A stretch of 64,000 nucleotides of DNA from an uncultured Acidobacteriota bacterium (GTDB taxonomy: Bacteria > Acidobacteriota > Vicinamibacteria > Fen-336): contig OY970399.1 in NCBI GenBank assembly GCA_963720545.1, positions 3,552,001 through 3,616,000 of the forward strand, in the 5' to 3' direction. The number at the start of each line of letters is the position of its first letter. Positions within the stretch are counted from its first letter, which is position 1. Below the pieces are notes generated by a model. It was not told where the DNA came from, did no database searches, and was given only the letters and a program-made list of their open reading frames with translations. Positions 47,611 to 57,452 of this stretch are shown here, piece after piece. Position numbers and translations under genes: made by a program.

Positions 47611-50028
47611 ATGTGGAATGACCTGCGGTTTGCTGTCCGGTCGCTGCTGAAGCGGCCTGGTTTCCTGCTGACGGCTGTCATCACCTGCGGCCTGGGCATT
47701 GGCGCGGCGGCCACGCTCTTCAGCGTCGTCGACGGCGTGCTGATGCGCCCGCTGCCTTATCGCGCGGCGGCGCGCATCGCGATTCTCTGGCACGAATTCG
47801 GGCAAGGGGCGCAGAACCTCCCTGCCGTCCATCCGCTGGACGTGCGCGACTACAACGAGCGCAACAAGGTCTTCGAGGAGATGACGATCGCGCGCGGCGC
47901 GCAGGACATCCTCGGCGACGCCACCGACCCGGAAGCGGTCGACGTCGGCCAGGTGGCCGCGAACTTCTTCCCGTTCTTCGGCGTCGAGCCCATCCTCGGG
48001 CGCAGTTTCCGCGCTGCGGACGACGTGCCCGGCGGCCCGAAGGTGTTGATGCTGACCCACCGCGTCTGGGTGCGCCGCTATGCGGGCGATCCCGGGGTCA
48101 TCGGCCGCGCGGTGCCGCTCTTCGGCGAGCCGCACGAGATCATCGGCGTCCTGCCGGAGGACTTCCGCATGTTCCTGCCCGCCGAAGCCTTCGGGCTGCG
48201 CGACGCCGACGTCTGGCGGCCGATGCAGATCGACTACACGCGCCTGCCACCGCGCAACTACACCGCCTACACGGCGTTCGGGCGTCTGCGCCCGGGCGCC
48301 ACCTTCGCCGCGGCGCAGGACGACCTCAGCAACATCGCGGCGCAGATCCGCGCCGAGCAGCCGGTGCACAAGGCGTCGCAGTTGAAGGTGCGCGTCGTTC
48401 CGTTCCAGCAGGACGTGGTGAAGGGTGCGGAGCAACCGCTGCTGCTTCTGCTGGCGGCGGTCGCGCTGGTGCTCATCATCGCCTGTGCCAATGTCGCCCT
48501 GCTGCTGCTGACGCGCGGCCACGGGCGCACCCGCGAGATGCTGGTGCGGGTCTCGGTGGGCGCGGGACGGTTCTCGCTGGCGCGCCTGGTGCTCGCCGAG
48601 GCGGTGACGATCGGCCTGCTCGGCGCTCTCGTAGGTCTCGTCATCGCCGATCGCGGCCTGGCGCTCGTCAAGGCGCTCGCCGCCGACAGCGTGCCGCGGC
48701 TCGGCACCGCCACGATCGACCTGGGCGCTGTCGGTTTTGCGGTGGCTGCTTCCCTCGTCGCCGCCTGCGTCTTCGCCGCCGCCCCGGCGCTGCGCGCTTC
48801 GGGCATTCAGATCGCCACCGGCCTGCGTGCCGGTGCCTACGCCGGCGGCGCGCACCGCCGGCTCCACGACGTGCTGGCCGCCGGGCAGATCGCGCTCTCG
48901 CTGGTCCTCATAGTGGGCGCCGGACTGCTGGTCCGCAGCTTCGCGGCCATGGCGAGCGCACGTCCCGGCTTCGAACCCGACGGCGCCATCAGCATGGAAG
49001 TGACGGTGCCGCGCGGCACCTACACGGATCGCGCCGGCGCCGATGCGTTCAACCAAAACCTCATCACCCGCCTGCACGCTCTTCCGTCGGTGGGCGCGGT
49101 TGGCCAGACGTCGCTGCTCCCGTTCACCGGCCGTGGCCCCGCGCAGCCCTACGCTTACAACGCCGAGACCGCAAGCAACTGGGAGAGCGTGTCGGCCGAC
49201 GAGCTGCGTGTCAGCCCCGGCTACCTCGAGGCGCTTGGTGCCACCTTGCTCGCGGGACGCGACTTCACGGCGGACGACCGCGGCGAACGGCGCGTGCTGA
49301 TGATCGACGACAGCCTGGCGCGCCGCGCCTTCGGCAGCGAAGCGGCGGCGGTGGGCAAGGCGCTGCAGATCGAACCCGAGGGCAAGCCCGAGAGCTTCTT
49401 CGAGGTCGTGGGCGTCGTCGGTCACACGCGCCTGCACGACATCACCCGGCCGCTGCTGCCGCAGATCTATTTTCCCGGCCTGTGGCCGCGCTTCACGCTG
49501 GTGGCGCGGCCGCGCAGCGGCGACACGCAGGCGCTCGCCGCCGACCTGCGCCGCGAACTTGCCGCGATCAACCCCGGCATCGCGGTGGGCGAGGTGCGCC
49601 CGCTGCGCAGCGTGGTCGGCGCCGCCAGCGGCCCGACCCGCCTGGCGATGGGCCTGATGATCGCGTTCGGCGGCATCTCGCTGGTGCTGGCCGCGGTCGG
49701 CATCTATGGCGTCTTTGCCTTCGCCATGGGCCAGCGCACCTACGAGATCGCGGTGCGCCTCGCGATGGGCGCGCAGCGCGGCGCCATCAGGCGCCTGGTC
49801 CTCGGCGGCGCCGCCCGCATCGTCGCCGGCAGCATCGCGGTCGGCGCGCTGGCCGCCGCCGCCCTCAGCTGGAGCGCGCGCTCGATGCTCTACGCCGTCG
49901 CCCCCCTCGACATCGCGACGTATGCCCTCGCCGCGTCGTTTCTGGGTGCGGTAGCGCTTCTCGCCTGCGCCGTGCCCGCCGAACGCGCCGCCCGCGTCGA
50001 TCCCCAGCGCGCCCTGCGCCAGTCGTAG
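47611..50028 (+). CDS. ADOP-like duplicated ABC permease
   Basis: MWNDLRFAVRSLLKRPGF, IACANVA, EIAVRLAMGA and VDPQRALR. Confidence 0.92.
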   Translation: MWNDLRFAVRSLLKRPGFLLTAVITCGLGIGAAATLFSVVDGVLMRPLPYRAAARIAILWHEFGQGAQNLPAVHPLDVRDYNERNKVFEEMTIARGAQDILGDATDPEAVDVGQVAANFFPFFGVEPILGRSFRAADDVPGGPKVLMLTHRVWVRRYAGDPGVIGRAVPLFGEPHEIIGVLPEDFRMFLPAEAFGLRDADVWRPMQIDYTRLPPRNYTAYTAFGRLRPGATFAAAQDDLSNIAAQIRAEQPVHKASQLKVRVVPFQQDVVKGAEQPLLLLLAAVALVLIIACANVALLLLTRGHGRTREMLVRVSVGAGRFSLARLVLAEAVTIGLLGALVGLVIADRGLALVKALAADSVPRLGTATIDLGAVGFAVAASLVAACVFAAAPALRASGIQIATGLRAGAYAGGAHRRLHDVLAAGQIALSLVLIVGAGLLVRSFAAMASARPGFEPDGAISMEVTVPRGTYTDRAGADAFNQNLITRLHALPSVGAVGQTSLLPFTGRGPAQPYAYNAETASNWESVSADELRVSPGYLEALGATLLAGRDFTADDRGERRVLMIDDSLARRAFGSEAAAVGKALQIEPEGKPESFFEVVGVVGHTRLHDITRPLLPQIYFPGLWPRFTLVARPRSGDTQALAADLRRELAAINPGIAVGEVRPLRSVVGAASGPTRLAMGLMIAFGGISLVLAAVGIYGVFAFAMGQRTYEIAVRLAMGAQRGAIRRLVLGGAARIVAGSIAVGALAAAALSWSARSMLYAVAPLDIATYALAASFLGAVALLACAVPAERAARVDPQRALRQS

Positions 50029-50127
50029 CCCCGAAGCCCTGACTCGTGCCCGTCGTTGGACGCGTGGCGAAGGGCCCGCCGGTCGAATAGCCAGCCACGC
50101 CGCTGACAGCGTTGATCACGATGCTCG

Positions 50128-50153
50128 TCCCACTGTGTCCGGACACAGTGGGA
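50128..50153. repeat. Perfect 26-bp palindrome TCCCACTGTGTCCGGACACAGTGGGA
   Basis: Seen directly in the convergent intergenic region. Confidence 0.9.
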
Positions 50154-50297
50154 TTACGCTGAGGCTCCTCGGGCGCAGCCAACAACATCGGCGCCCTTCG
50201 GAGAAACGGCAACGAGCCGCCGCGATGAGCGGCCAAGGAACGAGCCGCCGAAGAGCAAGCCTCCGCCAACGGAACTCGCGCGCTGCGCGCGCTCGGG

Positions 50298-51674
50298 TTA
50301 GCCCAGGTTGAACATCACCATGCGGAGGTTGGTCATTTCTTCGACGGCGAAGCGGACGCCTTCGCGGCCGATGCCGCTGATGCCGTTGCCGCCGTACGGC
50401 ATGTGGTCGGCGCGCCAGGTGGAGGTTTCGTTGACCATCACGCCGCCCATGTCCAGCCTGCGGATCGCCTTCCACGCCTTGTCGATGTCGCGCGTGTAGA
50501 TGCCCGCCTGCAGGCCGTACGCGGTGTCGCCCATGAGGCGCAGCGCCTCGTCGAAGTCGCTGTAGGTCATCACCGAGACGATCGGCGCGAACACCTCGTC
50601 GCAGACGACCTTCATCGCGGCGGTCGTGTGCGTGAGGATCGTCGGGTGCAGCACGGCGCCTTCGAGCTTGCCGCCGAGCGCCACCGTCGCGCCGGCCTTC
50701 TCTGCTTCACCGATCCACTCGTGGGCGCGTTTAGCGGCTTCCTTGCTGATCATCGGGCCGACGTCGGTCGACGCCTCCGCGGGATTGCCGACCACGAGCT
50801 TCCTCGTCTGCGCCACCAGCCCGTCGAGGAATTGCGCCGCGACCGCTTCGTGGACGTACAACCGCTGCACGCTGATGCAGGACTGGCCCGACTGGCCGAA
50901 AGCCGACGTCACGCAGCGCGGGATCGCCTTCGCGAGGTCGGCATCGGCTTCGATGATGGTGCCCGAGTTGTTGCCGAGTTCGAGGCTCACCTTCTTGAGG
51001 CCGGCGATGCCGAGGATGCGCTCGCCGACCACCGGCGAGCCGGTGAACGAGACGCGGGCCGGCACCTTGTCGCGCACCAGCGCCTCGCCGACCTCGGCGC
51101 CGGCGCCGTGCAGCAGCGTGAGCACGCCGTCGGGCAGCCCGGAGTCGGCGAGCAGTTCCGCGAGGCGCACGGCCGTCAGCGGCGTGCGCTCGGCTGGTTT
51201 CAGCACCACGGTGTTGCCTGCTGCGAGCGCCGGACCCAGCTTGTGGGCGACGAGGTTCAGCGGAAAGTTGAAGGGCGTGATGGCGGCGACCACTCCCACC
51301 GGAGTGCGCAGGTAGAAACCCATGCGGTTCTCGCCTGCGTTCGATGCGTCGAGCGGGATGGTCTCGCCGTGGATGCGCTTCGCTTCCTCGGCCGAGAACG
51401 TGAACGTCTCGATGCCGCGCGCCACTTCCGCGGCGGCGAACTTGAGCGCCTTGCCCGACTCGCGCGCGATCGTCTTCGCGAGCGAATCCTTGTCGGCTTC
51501 GATGGCGCGCGCGGTCGCGAGCAGGACGGCGGCGCGGCGGTGCGCGGGCGTCCCGGACCAGGCGACAAATGCGTCTTTGGCGCGGCGAGTTGCGGCGGGA
51601 ACGTCGGCAGCGGAACAGCCAGGAACGCTGCCGATTTCCTCGCCAGTGTACTTGTCGAGAACGGGAATGTTCAC
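50298..51674 (-). CDS. Aldehyde dehydrogenase
   Basis: ITPFNFP, LKPAE, SFTGS, LELGNN, GQSCIS, EVFAP and MPYGG. Confidence 0.95.
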   Translation of the reverse strand: MNIPVLDKYTGEEIGSVPGCSAADVPAATRRAKDAFVAWSGTPAHRRAAVLLATARAIEADKDSLAKTIARESGKALKFAAAEVARGIETFTFSAEEAKRIHGETIPLDASNAGENRMGFYLRTPVGVVAAITPFNFPLNLVAHKLGPALAAGNTVVLKPAERTPLTAVRLAELLADSGLPDGVLTLLHGAGAEVGEALVRDKVPARVSFTGSPVVGERILGIAGLKKVSLELGNNSGTIIEADADLAKAIPRCVTSAFGQSGQSCISVQRLYVHEAVAAQFLDGLVAQTRKLVVGNPAEASTDVGPMISKEAAKRAHEWIGEAEKAGATVALGGKLEGAVLHPTILTHTTAAMKVVCDEVFAPIVSVMTYSDFDEALRLMGDTAYGLQAGIYTRDIDKAWKAIRRLDMGGVMVNETSTWRADHMPYGGNGISGIGREGVRFAVEEMTNLRMVMFNLG

Positions 51675-51721
51675 TGCCGAATGTTACTGTTACTGTAGGA
51701 ATTGGCGAAGGAGGAGGACGG

Positions 51722-53137
51722 ATGGCGAAGCCGGAGTCGAACGGTCACGTCGCTGAGGCGCTTGGCTACGCGAGGGCGCACTACGAAGACTTCAAGCGCA
51801 CGCTCGTCGAGCTGAGCCGCATCCCGAGCGTGTCGGCGGAAGGCTTCCCGCCGGCCGAGGTGAAGCGTTCGGCGGAAGGCATCGCCAGGGCGCTGCGCGA
51901 CATCGGCATCGAGAACGTGGACGTCCTCGAGATCCCCGACGCCCATCCTTATGTATATGGCGACTGGCTGCATGCCCCCGGCAAACCGACGCTCCTCCTC
52001 TACGGACATCACGACATCCAGCCGCCCGGCCGTCCCGAGAAGTGGCTGTCGCCGCCCTACGAACCCACCGAACGCAACGGCCGCCTCTATGGCCGCGGCA
52101 CCGCCGACGACAAGGGCGGCGTCATGCTGCACGTCGCGGCGGTCGCCTCGTACCTGAAGTCGGGCGGCACGCTGCCGTGCAACGTGAAGTTCGTGATCGA
52201 GGGCGAGGAAGAGATCGGCTCGGAGAACCTGAGCCGCTTCCTCGCGAAGTATCGCGGCATGATGGCGGCCGACTTCATCGTGCTCTCCGACACCGCCAAC
52301 TTCGACACCGGCATTCCCGCGCTCACTTATCAACTGCGCGGCATCGTGCAGGTGGACCTCGAGGTGAAGGTGCTGAACCAGCCGGTGCACAGCGGCATGT
52401 GGGGCGGCCCGGTGCCCGACCCGGTGCAGATCATGGCCAAGCTCATCGCGGACCTCACCGCGAAGGACGGCTCGCTCAACATCCCCGGGATCTACAAGCA
52501 GGTGGCGAAGCCGTCGAAGAAGCAGACGGCGCGCATCCGCAAGCTGCCCTTCAAGGAAGACAAGTTCAAGAAGGAAGCGGGCATGCAAAAGGGCATGAAG
52601 CTCGCCGGCGAGAAGGGCTATTCCACGTACGAGAAGATCTGGACGCGCCCGTCCCTCACGGTGATCGCGAGCGAGTCGCACGAGTTCGCCGGCTCGTCGA
52701 ACCAGATCGTCGATTCGGCGCGCGCGCGCCTGTCGCTGCGCACGGTGCCCAACATGGACGGGCCCGCCGCCGGCGCGCTTCTGGTGAAGAAGCTGACGAA
52801 GAACCCGCCGTACGGCGCAACCGTCACGGCGGTGGTGAACGGGTCGACGCCCTGGTGGACGACCGACCCCGAAGGGCCGGCCTTCGAGGCGGCGCGACGC
52901 GCTCTCAAGGCCGGGTTCGGCAAGGAAACCGCCATGATCGGAGCGGGGGGTTCGATCGGGTTCGTGCAGCCCTTCTCCGACATGCTCGGCGGGGCGCCGT
53001 GCCTGCTCATGGGCGTCGAGGATCCGGCGTGCAACGCACATTCGGAGAACGAGAGCCTTCATTTGGGAGACTGGAAAAAATGTATCGATTCCGCCATTCA
53101 TATGTACGACGAGCTGTCACGCGTACCCGTAAAGTGA
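51722..53137 (+). CDS. M20 family dipeptidase / metallohydrolase
   Basis: YGHHDIQP, GRGTADDKG, EGEEEIGS, HSG and AHSENE. Confidence 0.92.
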   Translation: MAKPESNGHVAEALGYARAHYEDFKRTLVELSRIPSVSAEGFPPAEVKRSAEGIARALRDIGIENVDVLEIPDAHPYVYGDWLHAPGKPTLLLYGHHDIQPPGRPEKWLSPPYEPTERNGRLYGRGTADDKGGVMLHVAAVASYLKSGGTLPCNVKFVIEGEEEIGSENLSRFLAKYRGMMAADFIVLSDTANFDTGIPALTYQLRGIVQVDLEVKVLNQPVHSGMWGGPVPDPVQIMAKLIADLTAKDGSLNIPGIYKQVAKPSKKQTARIRKLPFKEDKFKKEAGMQKGMKLAGEKGYSTYEKIWTRPSLTVIASESHEFAGSSNQIVDSARARLSLRTVPNMDGPAAGALLVKKLTKNPPYGATVTAVVNGSTPWWTTDPEGPAFEAARRALKAGFGKETAMIGAGGSIGFVQPFSDMLGGAPCLLMGVEDPACNAHSENESLHLGDWKKCIDSAIHMYDELSRVPVK

Positions 53138-53844
53138 AATCCGCGGGGCTCGCGCTCGCCGCGACGCTGCTGCTGGGCGCAGTTGCGCCGATGAGCGCCG
53201 TTGCCGACGACCAGGAAGAAAAAGTCGCGAAGCGGCTGGAAAACAGCGCGCTGGTTGTGAAGGAAGTGATGGGCATCCCCGAGAACGTGCCGCGCGACCT
53301 GCTCGACAAGGCCGAGTGCGTGGCAGTCATTCCCGGCGTCATCAAGGCGGCGTTCGGCATCGGCGGACGCTGGGGGCGCGGCGCCGCGGTGTGCCGCACC
53401 GATGGCGGCACCGGCGCGTGGGGAGCGCCGCTCATGATCAGCATCGGCGGCGGCAGCTTCGGCTTCCAGATCGGCGGCCAGTCGTCAGACGTGGTGTTCC
53501 TGATCATGAACCCGAAGGGCATCGACAAGCTCATTGAAAGCCAGTTCACGCTCGGAGCCGATGCGTCGGTGGCGGCGGGCCCGAAGGGGCGGACGCTCGA
53601 AGCGGCGACCGACATCCAGATGCACGCCGAGATCCTCACGTACTCGCGCAGCCGCGGCATCTTCGCGGGCATCTCGCTCGAGGGCGCGGTGGTGAAGCAG
53701 GATGTCGATGCGAACGTCGAGCTGTACGGCGCCAGGGTGGACCCGAAGGACCTGTTGATGCGCGCCGGGCAGCTGGTGCCGGCGCCGGCTCAGGCCCTCG
53801 TCGAACAGTTGCAGACGCTGTCGCCGAAGCACGCCGACAACTAG
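53134..53844 (+). CDS. Lipid-binding SYLF (Ysc84) domain secreted protein
   Basis: AECVAVIP, GGGSFGFQIG, ASVAAGP and YSRSRGIFAGISLEG. Confidence 0.9.
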   Translation: MKSAGLALAATLLLGAVAPMSAVADDQEEKVAKRLENSALVVKEVMGIPENVPRDLLDKAECVAVIPGVIKAAFGIGGRWGRGAAVCRTDGGTGAWGAPLMISIGGGSFGFQIGGQSSDVVFLIMNPKGIDKLIESQFTLGADASVAAGPKGRTLEAATDIQMHAEILTYSRSRGIFAGISLEGAVVKQDVDANVELYGARVDPKDLLMRAGQLVPAPAQALVEQLQTLSPKHADN

Positions 53845-55172
53845 GGTGCTGTGGCGGCCGCCTCACGGCCGGCCGCCACGTCCACCTTCGCAAGGAGCGC
53901 GCCGCCGGCGACGAAGAAGCCGACGAGCGCCAGGATCGCAAGCCGCCCCGAGCCGGTGACGGTGGTAGCGAGCGCGAACATCGCCGGGCCGAGGATCCCC
54001 GAGACCCGGTCGAAGACACCGTAGAAGCCGAAGAATTCGGACGAGCGGTGCGGTGGGGTGAGCGACGCGAACAGCGACCGGCTGAGCGCCTGGGTGCCGC
54101 CCTGCACCATGCCGAGCAGCACCGCGAGCAGGTAGAAGTCGCGCGCGTTCTGCATGCCATAACCGACGAACGCAATGGCGGTGTAGCCAAAGAGCCCGAC
54201 GAAGATCGCGCGCTTCGCGCCGACGCGCCGCGCGAGGGCGCCAAAGAGCAGCGAGCAGGGCACGCCGATCACCTGCACCAGCAGCACCGCACCGATCAGT
54301 GACGAGGTGGGAATGCCAAGCTCCGAACCGTAGGTCGTGCCAAGGCGGATGATGGTGCTGATGCCGTCGTTGTAGAGGACTACCGCCAGCAGCACCAGCA
54401 GCGCCTGGCGGTAGCGGCGGATCTCGTGGAAGGTGGTGCGCAGGCGCAGGAACGCGGCGCGCAGCGCCGGCTCGGCCGGCGACTCGCCAGGGATCATTCT
54501 GCGCAGCGGTTCCTCGATGCGCCGCAGGAAGGGAATGGCGAAGAGCGCCCACCAGACCGCGGCCGACAGGAACGAGAGGCGCGTTGCCATCTCGACGCTG
54601 GCGATGCCGAAGCGCTGCGGCGCACTGATCCAGGCGAGGTTGAGCGCCAGCAGCAGGCCGCCGGAAATGTAGCCGAGCGCGAACCCCGTGGTGGCGAGCT
54701 GGTCGCCGCGCTCGCCCTGGGCGAGGTGCGGCAGGAACGACTCGTAGAAGACCAGCGTGCCGGTTACCCCGGCGTTTGCCAGCAGCAGCAGGCAAGCGCC
54801 CCACAGCCAGTCGCCAGTGGAAACCGTGACGAGCAGCGCCGTGGGGATCACGCCCAGCGCCAGGAAGAGGGCGAAGAAACGCTTCTTCCAGCCCGCGTGG
54901 TCGGCAAGCGCGCCGAGCAGCGGCGCCAGGATCGCAACGACCAGCGCGGCGGCGGCGGTGGTCCAGGCATAGAGGCTCGTCGCCTCGCCCGGCGGCCGGC
55001 CGGAAGCGGCGACCTTGACGAAGTAGATGGGGAAGATCTGCAGCACGGTCGTGTAGTAGACGGAGTTGGCCCAGTCGTACATCGCCCAGGCGCGCAGCTC
55101 CGTGCGGTGCAGCTGCAGCCGCTCGAGCAGTCCCGCCCGCGGCTGCCGCGCCGACTCCTGGCTCATCGCCAT
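53841..55172 (-). CDS. MFS transporter, UMF1/ATG22-like
   Basis: AWAMYDWANS, APLLGALAD, QGGTQALSRS and EFFGFY. Confidence 0.9.
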   Translation of the reverse strand: MAMSQESARQPRAGLLERLQLHRTELRAWAMYDWANSVYYTTVLQIFPIYFVKVAASGRPPGEATSLYAWTTAAAALVVAILAPLLGALADHAGWKKRFFALFLALGVIPTALLVTVSTGDWLWGACLLLLANAGVTGTLVFYESFLPHLAQGERGDQLATTGFALGYISGGLLLALNLAWISAPQRFGIASVEMATRLSFLSAAVWWALFAIPFLRRIEEPLRRMIPGESPAEPALRAAFLRLRTTFHEIRRYRQALLVLLAVVLYNDGISTIIRLGTTYGSELGIPTSSLIGAVLLVQVIGVPCSLLFGALARRVGAKRAIFVGLFGYTAIAFVGYGMQNARDFYLLAVLLGMVQGGTQALSRSLFASLTPPHRSSEFFGFYGVFDRVSGILGPAMFALATTVTGSGRLAILALVGFFVAGGALLAKVDVAAGREAAATAP

Positions 55173-55175
55173 CGT

Positions 55176-56693
55176 CTAGCGGCTGAGGCCGTGCTCGAGC
55201 AGGAACGCCTGCGCCACTTCGTGCGGCGAACGGTGGTCGCGGTCTACGGCAAGGTTCAGCCGGCGCATCGCGGCGTCGTCGATGCGGCCCTCGAGACTCG
55301 CGAGCACCTCGCGCACCCCCGGCTGCTGCATGCTGCGCGCGTGGTTGAAGATTGCGACCGCGTCGTAGGGCGGGAAGTAGCCGCGGTCGTCGGCGAGCAC
55401 CACCAGCCCCAGCGCATCGATCAGGCCGTCGGTGGCGCTGCCCACCACCACGTCCACCTGCCGCTCCGCGAGCGAGCGATACAGGAGGCCGAGGTCCATC
55501 TCGCGCGGCGCCGTGCCGAAGCGGAAGCCGTAGTGGCGCAGCAGGCCGTTCATGCCGTCGTCGCGTTCGAGGAACTCGCCGAACAGGCCGACGCGCAAGG
55601 TCGCCGCCTTTGCAGCCAGGTCGGAGATGCGGCGCAGCCCGGTGTCGGGGCGGGTAACGAGCGCGAAGGTGTTGTTGAATCCGAGCGGCGCGCCGACCTC
55701 GAGGCCGAGCGGCGCATAGCCGTCGCGCACCACGTCGAGAACGGCGGCCCGGTCGGAGAGCGTCGGCCTCTTCAAGACGTCCTTGAGCGCGGTGCCGGTG
55801 TACTCGTAGTACACGTCGATCTGCCCGGTGCGCACCGCCTGGTGGCACAGGCTGGTGCCGCCGAGGTTGAGCCGCCGGTCGACGCGAAAGCCGCGGCTCT
55901 CGAGCAGGGTGGACGCGAGCTCGCCGAGGATCACCTGCTCGGTGAAGTTCTTGGTGCCGACCACCACCTTCGGCCGCTCGTCGTGGGCACGTTCGCGCGC
56001 GATGCCCCACCAGGCCAGGCTGACGGCAATGACGCCCAGCACGGCGAGCAGCGTTGCCCGCGGCCGCTTCTCGCCGCGGCCGAGGAGTGCGTCGAGCCCG
56101 ATCGCCATGAGTGCTGACGGGATGGCGCCGGCAAGGATGAGCCGCGCGTCCACCGTGGCGATGCCGCGGAAGATGTAGGTGCCCAGGCCGCCCGCGCCAA
56201 TTGCCGCGGCGATGGTGGCGGTGCCGACCGCCGCCACCGTGGCGAGTCGCAGGCCGGCCACGATGAACGGCGCCGCCAGCGGCAGCTCCACCCGGAACAG
56301 GCGCTGCATGTCGGTCATACCCAGCGCCGTCGCCGCTTCCACCACCGCGCGGTCCACGCCGCGGATGCCGGTGTAGGTGTTGCGCAGGATCGGCAGCAGG
56401 CTGTAGAGCACCAGCGCCACCACGGCAGTGCGTGCGCCGATGCCGCCCAGGAACGGCAGCGGGATGAGGAAGCCGAAGAGCGCCAGGCTCGGGATCGTCT
56501 GGAAGATGTTGGCGAGCGCCAGCATCGGGCGAGGCAGCGACGGCCGGCGCGTCATCAGCACGCCGAGCGGGATGGCGATGGCCGCGGCTGCGCCCACCGC
56601 GAGCACCACCAGCCCGAGGTGCTGCGCGGCGAGGTATGCGAGTTCGGTGCGGCGCTCGGCAAGGAACGAGGCGAAGGCGCGCAGTGAGTTCAT
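55176..56693 (-). CDS. Osmoprotectant ABC transporter, fused permease and substrate-binding protein
   Basis: QTIPSLALFG, EAA loop, GAGGLG, VGTKNFTEQ, EYTGT and YFPPYDA. Confidence 0.92.
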   Translation of the reverse strand: MNSLRAFASFLAERRTELAYLAAQHLGLVVLAVGAAAAIAIPLGVLMTRRPSLPRPMLALANIFQTIPSLALFGFLIPLPFLGGIGARTAVVALVLYSLLPILRNTYTGIRGVDRAVVEAATALGMTDMQRLFRVELPLAAPFIVAGLRLATVAAVGTATIAAAIGAGGLGTYIFRGIATVDARLILAGAIPSALMAIGLDALLGRGEKRPRATLLAVLGVIAVSLAWWGIARERAHDERPKVVVGTKNFTEQVILGELASTLLESRGFRVDRRLNLGGTSLCHQAVRTGQIDVYYEYTGTALKDVLKRPTLSDRAAVLDVVRDGYAPLGLEVGAPLGFNNTFALVTRPDTGLRRISDLAAKAATLRVGLFGEFLERDDGMNGLLRHYGFRFGTAPREMDLGLLYRSLAERQVDVVVGSATDGLIDALGLVVLADDRGYFPPYDAVAIFNHARSMQQPGVREVLASLEGRIDDAAMRRLNLAVDRDHRSPHEVAQAFLLEHGLSR

Positions 56694-57439
56694 GAACGGT
56701 CCAGCGCGGCGTTCACGAGGTCGGCGACGAAGCCGGGGGCGGGTCGCTCACGCACCTCCTGCGGTGTTCCCAGCTGCAGCAGCCGCCCTGCGTCCATCAC
56801 CGCAACCAGGTCGGCGAGCCGGAAGGCTTCCGGCAGGTCGTGGGTCACGAGCACCACCGTCTTGCGCAGCCGCCGGCGCAGCGCGGCGAATTCGTCCTGC
56901 AGGCGACGGCGGGTGAGCGCGTCCACCGCGGAGAACGGCTCGTCCATCAGCACCAGCGGTGGATCGGCGCCCAGGGCGCGCGCGATGCCGACGCGCTGGC
57001 GCTGTCCGCCCGAAAGTTCGGCGGGCCGTCGCGTCTCGAACTCGGCTGCCGGCAGGCCCACGAGGTCGAGCAGCTCGCGGCGTCGCGCGCGCCGCTTCTC
57101 GAGCGGCCAATCCAGGAGGCTCGGCACCAGGTCCACGTTGTCGCCAACGCTCAGGTGCGGCAGCAGGCCGACATCCTGGATGACGTAGCCGATGCCGCGG
57201 CGCAGCTTGACAGGGTCGATGGTCGAGACGTCGACACCGCCCACCAGCACCGTGCCGCTGTCGGGCGTCACCAGCCGGTTGATCGAGCGCAGCGCCGTGG
57301 TCTTGCCCGAGCCGCTGGTGCCGACGAGGGCAAGCAGCGCGCCCTCGGCGACGCTGAAGGAGACGTCGTCCAGTGCCCGCCTGCCGCCGGCGAACGTCCT
57401 GGTGACGCTCCGCAGCTCGACGGCCGCCGGTTCGTTCAC
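56690..57439 (-). CDS. Osmoprotectant ABC transporter ATP-binding subunit
   Basis: GTSGSGKT, LRRGIGYVIQ, LSGGQRQRVG and LMDEPF. Confidence 0.93.
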   Translation of the reverse strand: MNEPAAVELRSVTRTFAGGRRALDDVSFSVAEGALLALVGTSGSGKTTALRSINRLVTPDSGTVLVGGVDVSTIDPVKLRRGIGYVIQDVGLLPHLSVGDNVDLVPSLLDWPLEKRRARRRELLDLVGLPAAEFETRRPAELSGGQRQRVGIARALGADPPLVLMDEPFSAVDALTRRRLQDEFAALRRRLRKTVVLVTHDLPEAFRLADLVAVMDAGRLLQLGTPQEVRERPAPGFVADLVNAALDRS

Positions 57440-57452
57440 TTGTCGGCAGCCC

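Noticed and set aside
51682..51696. TGTTAC tandem repeat as an operator
   Set aside because: It is largely explained by the -10 box (TAACAT) of the leaderless ALDH gene and is too short to support more.
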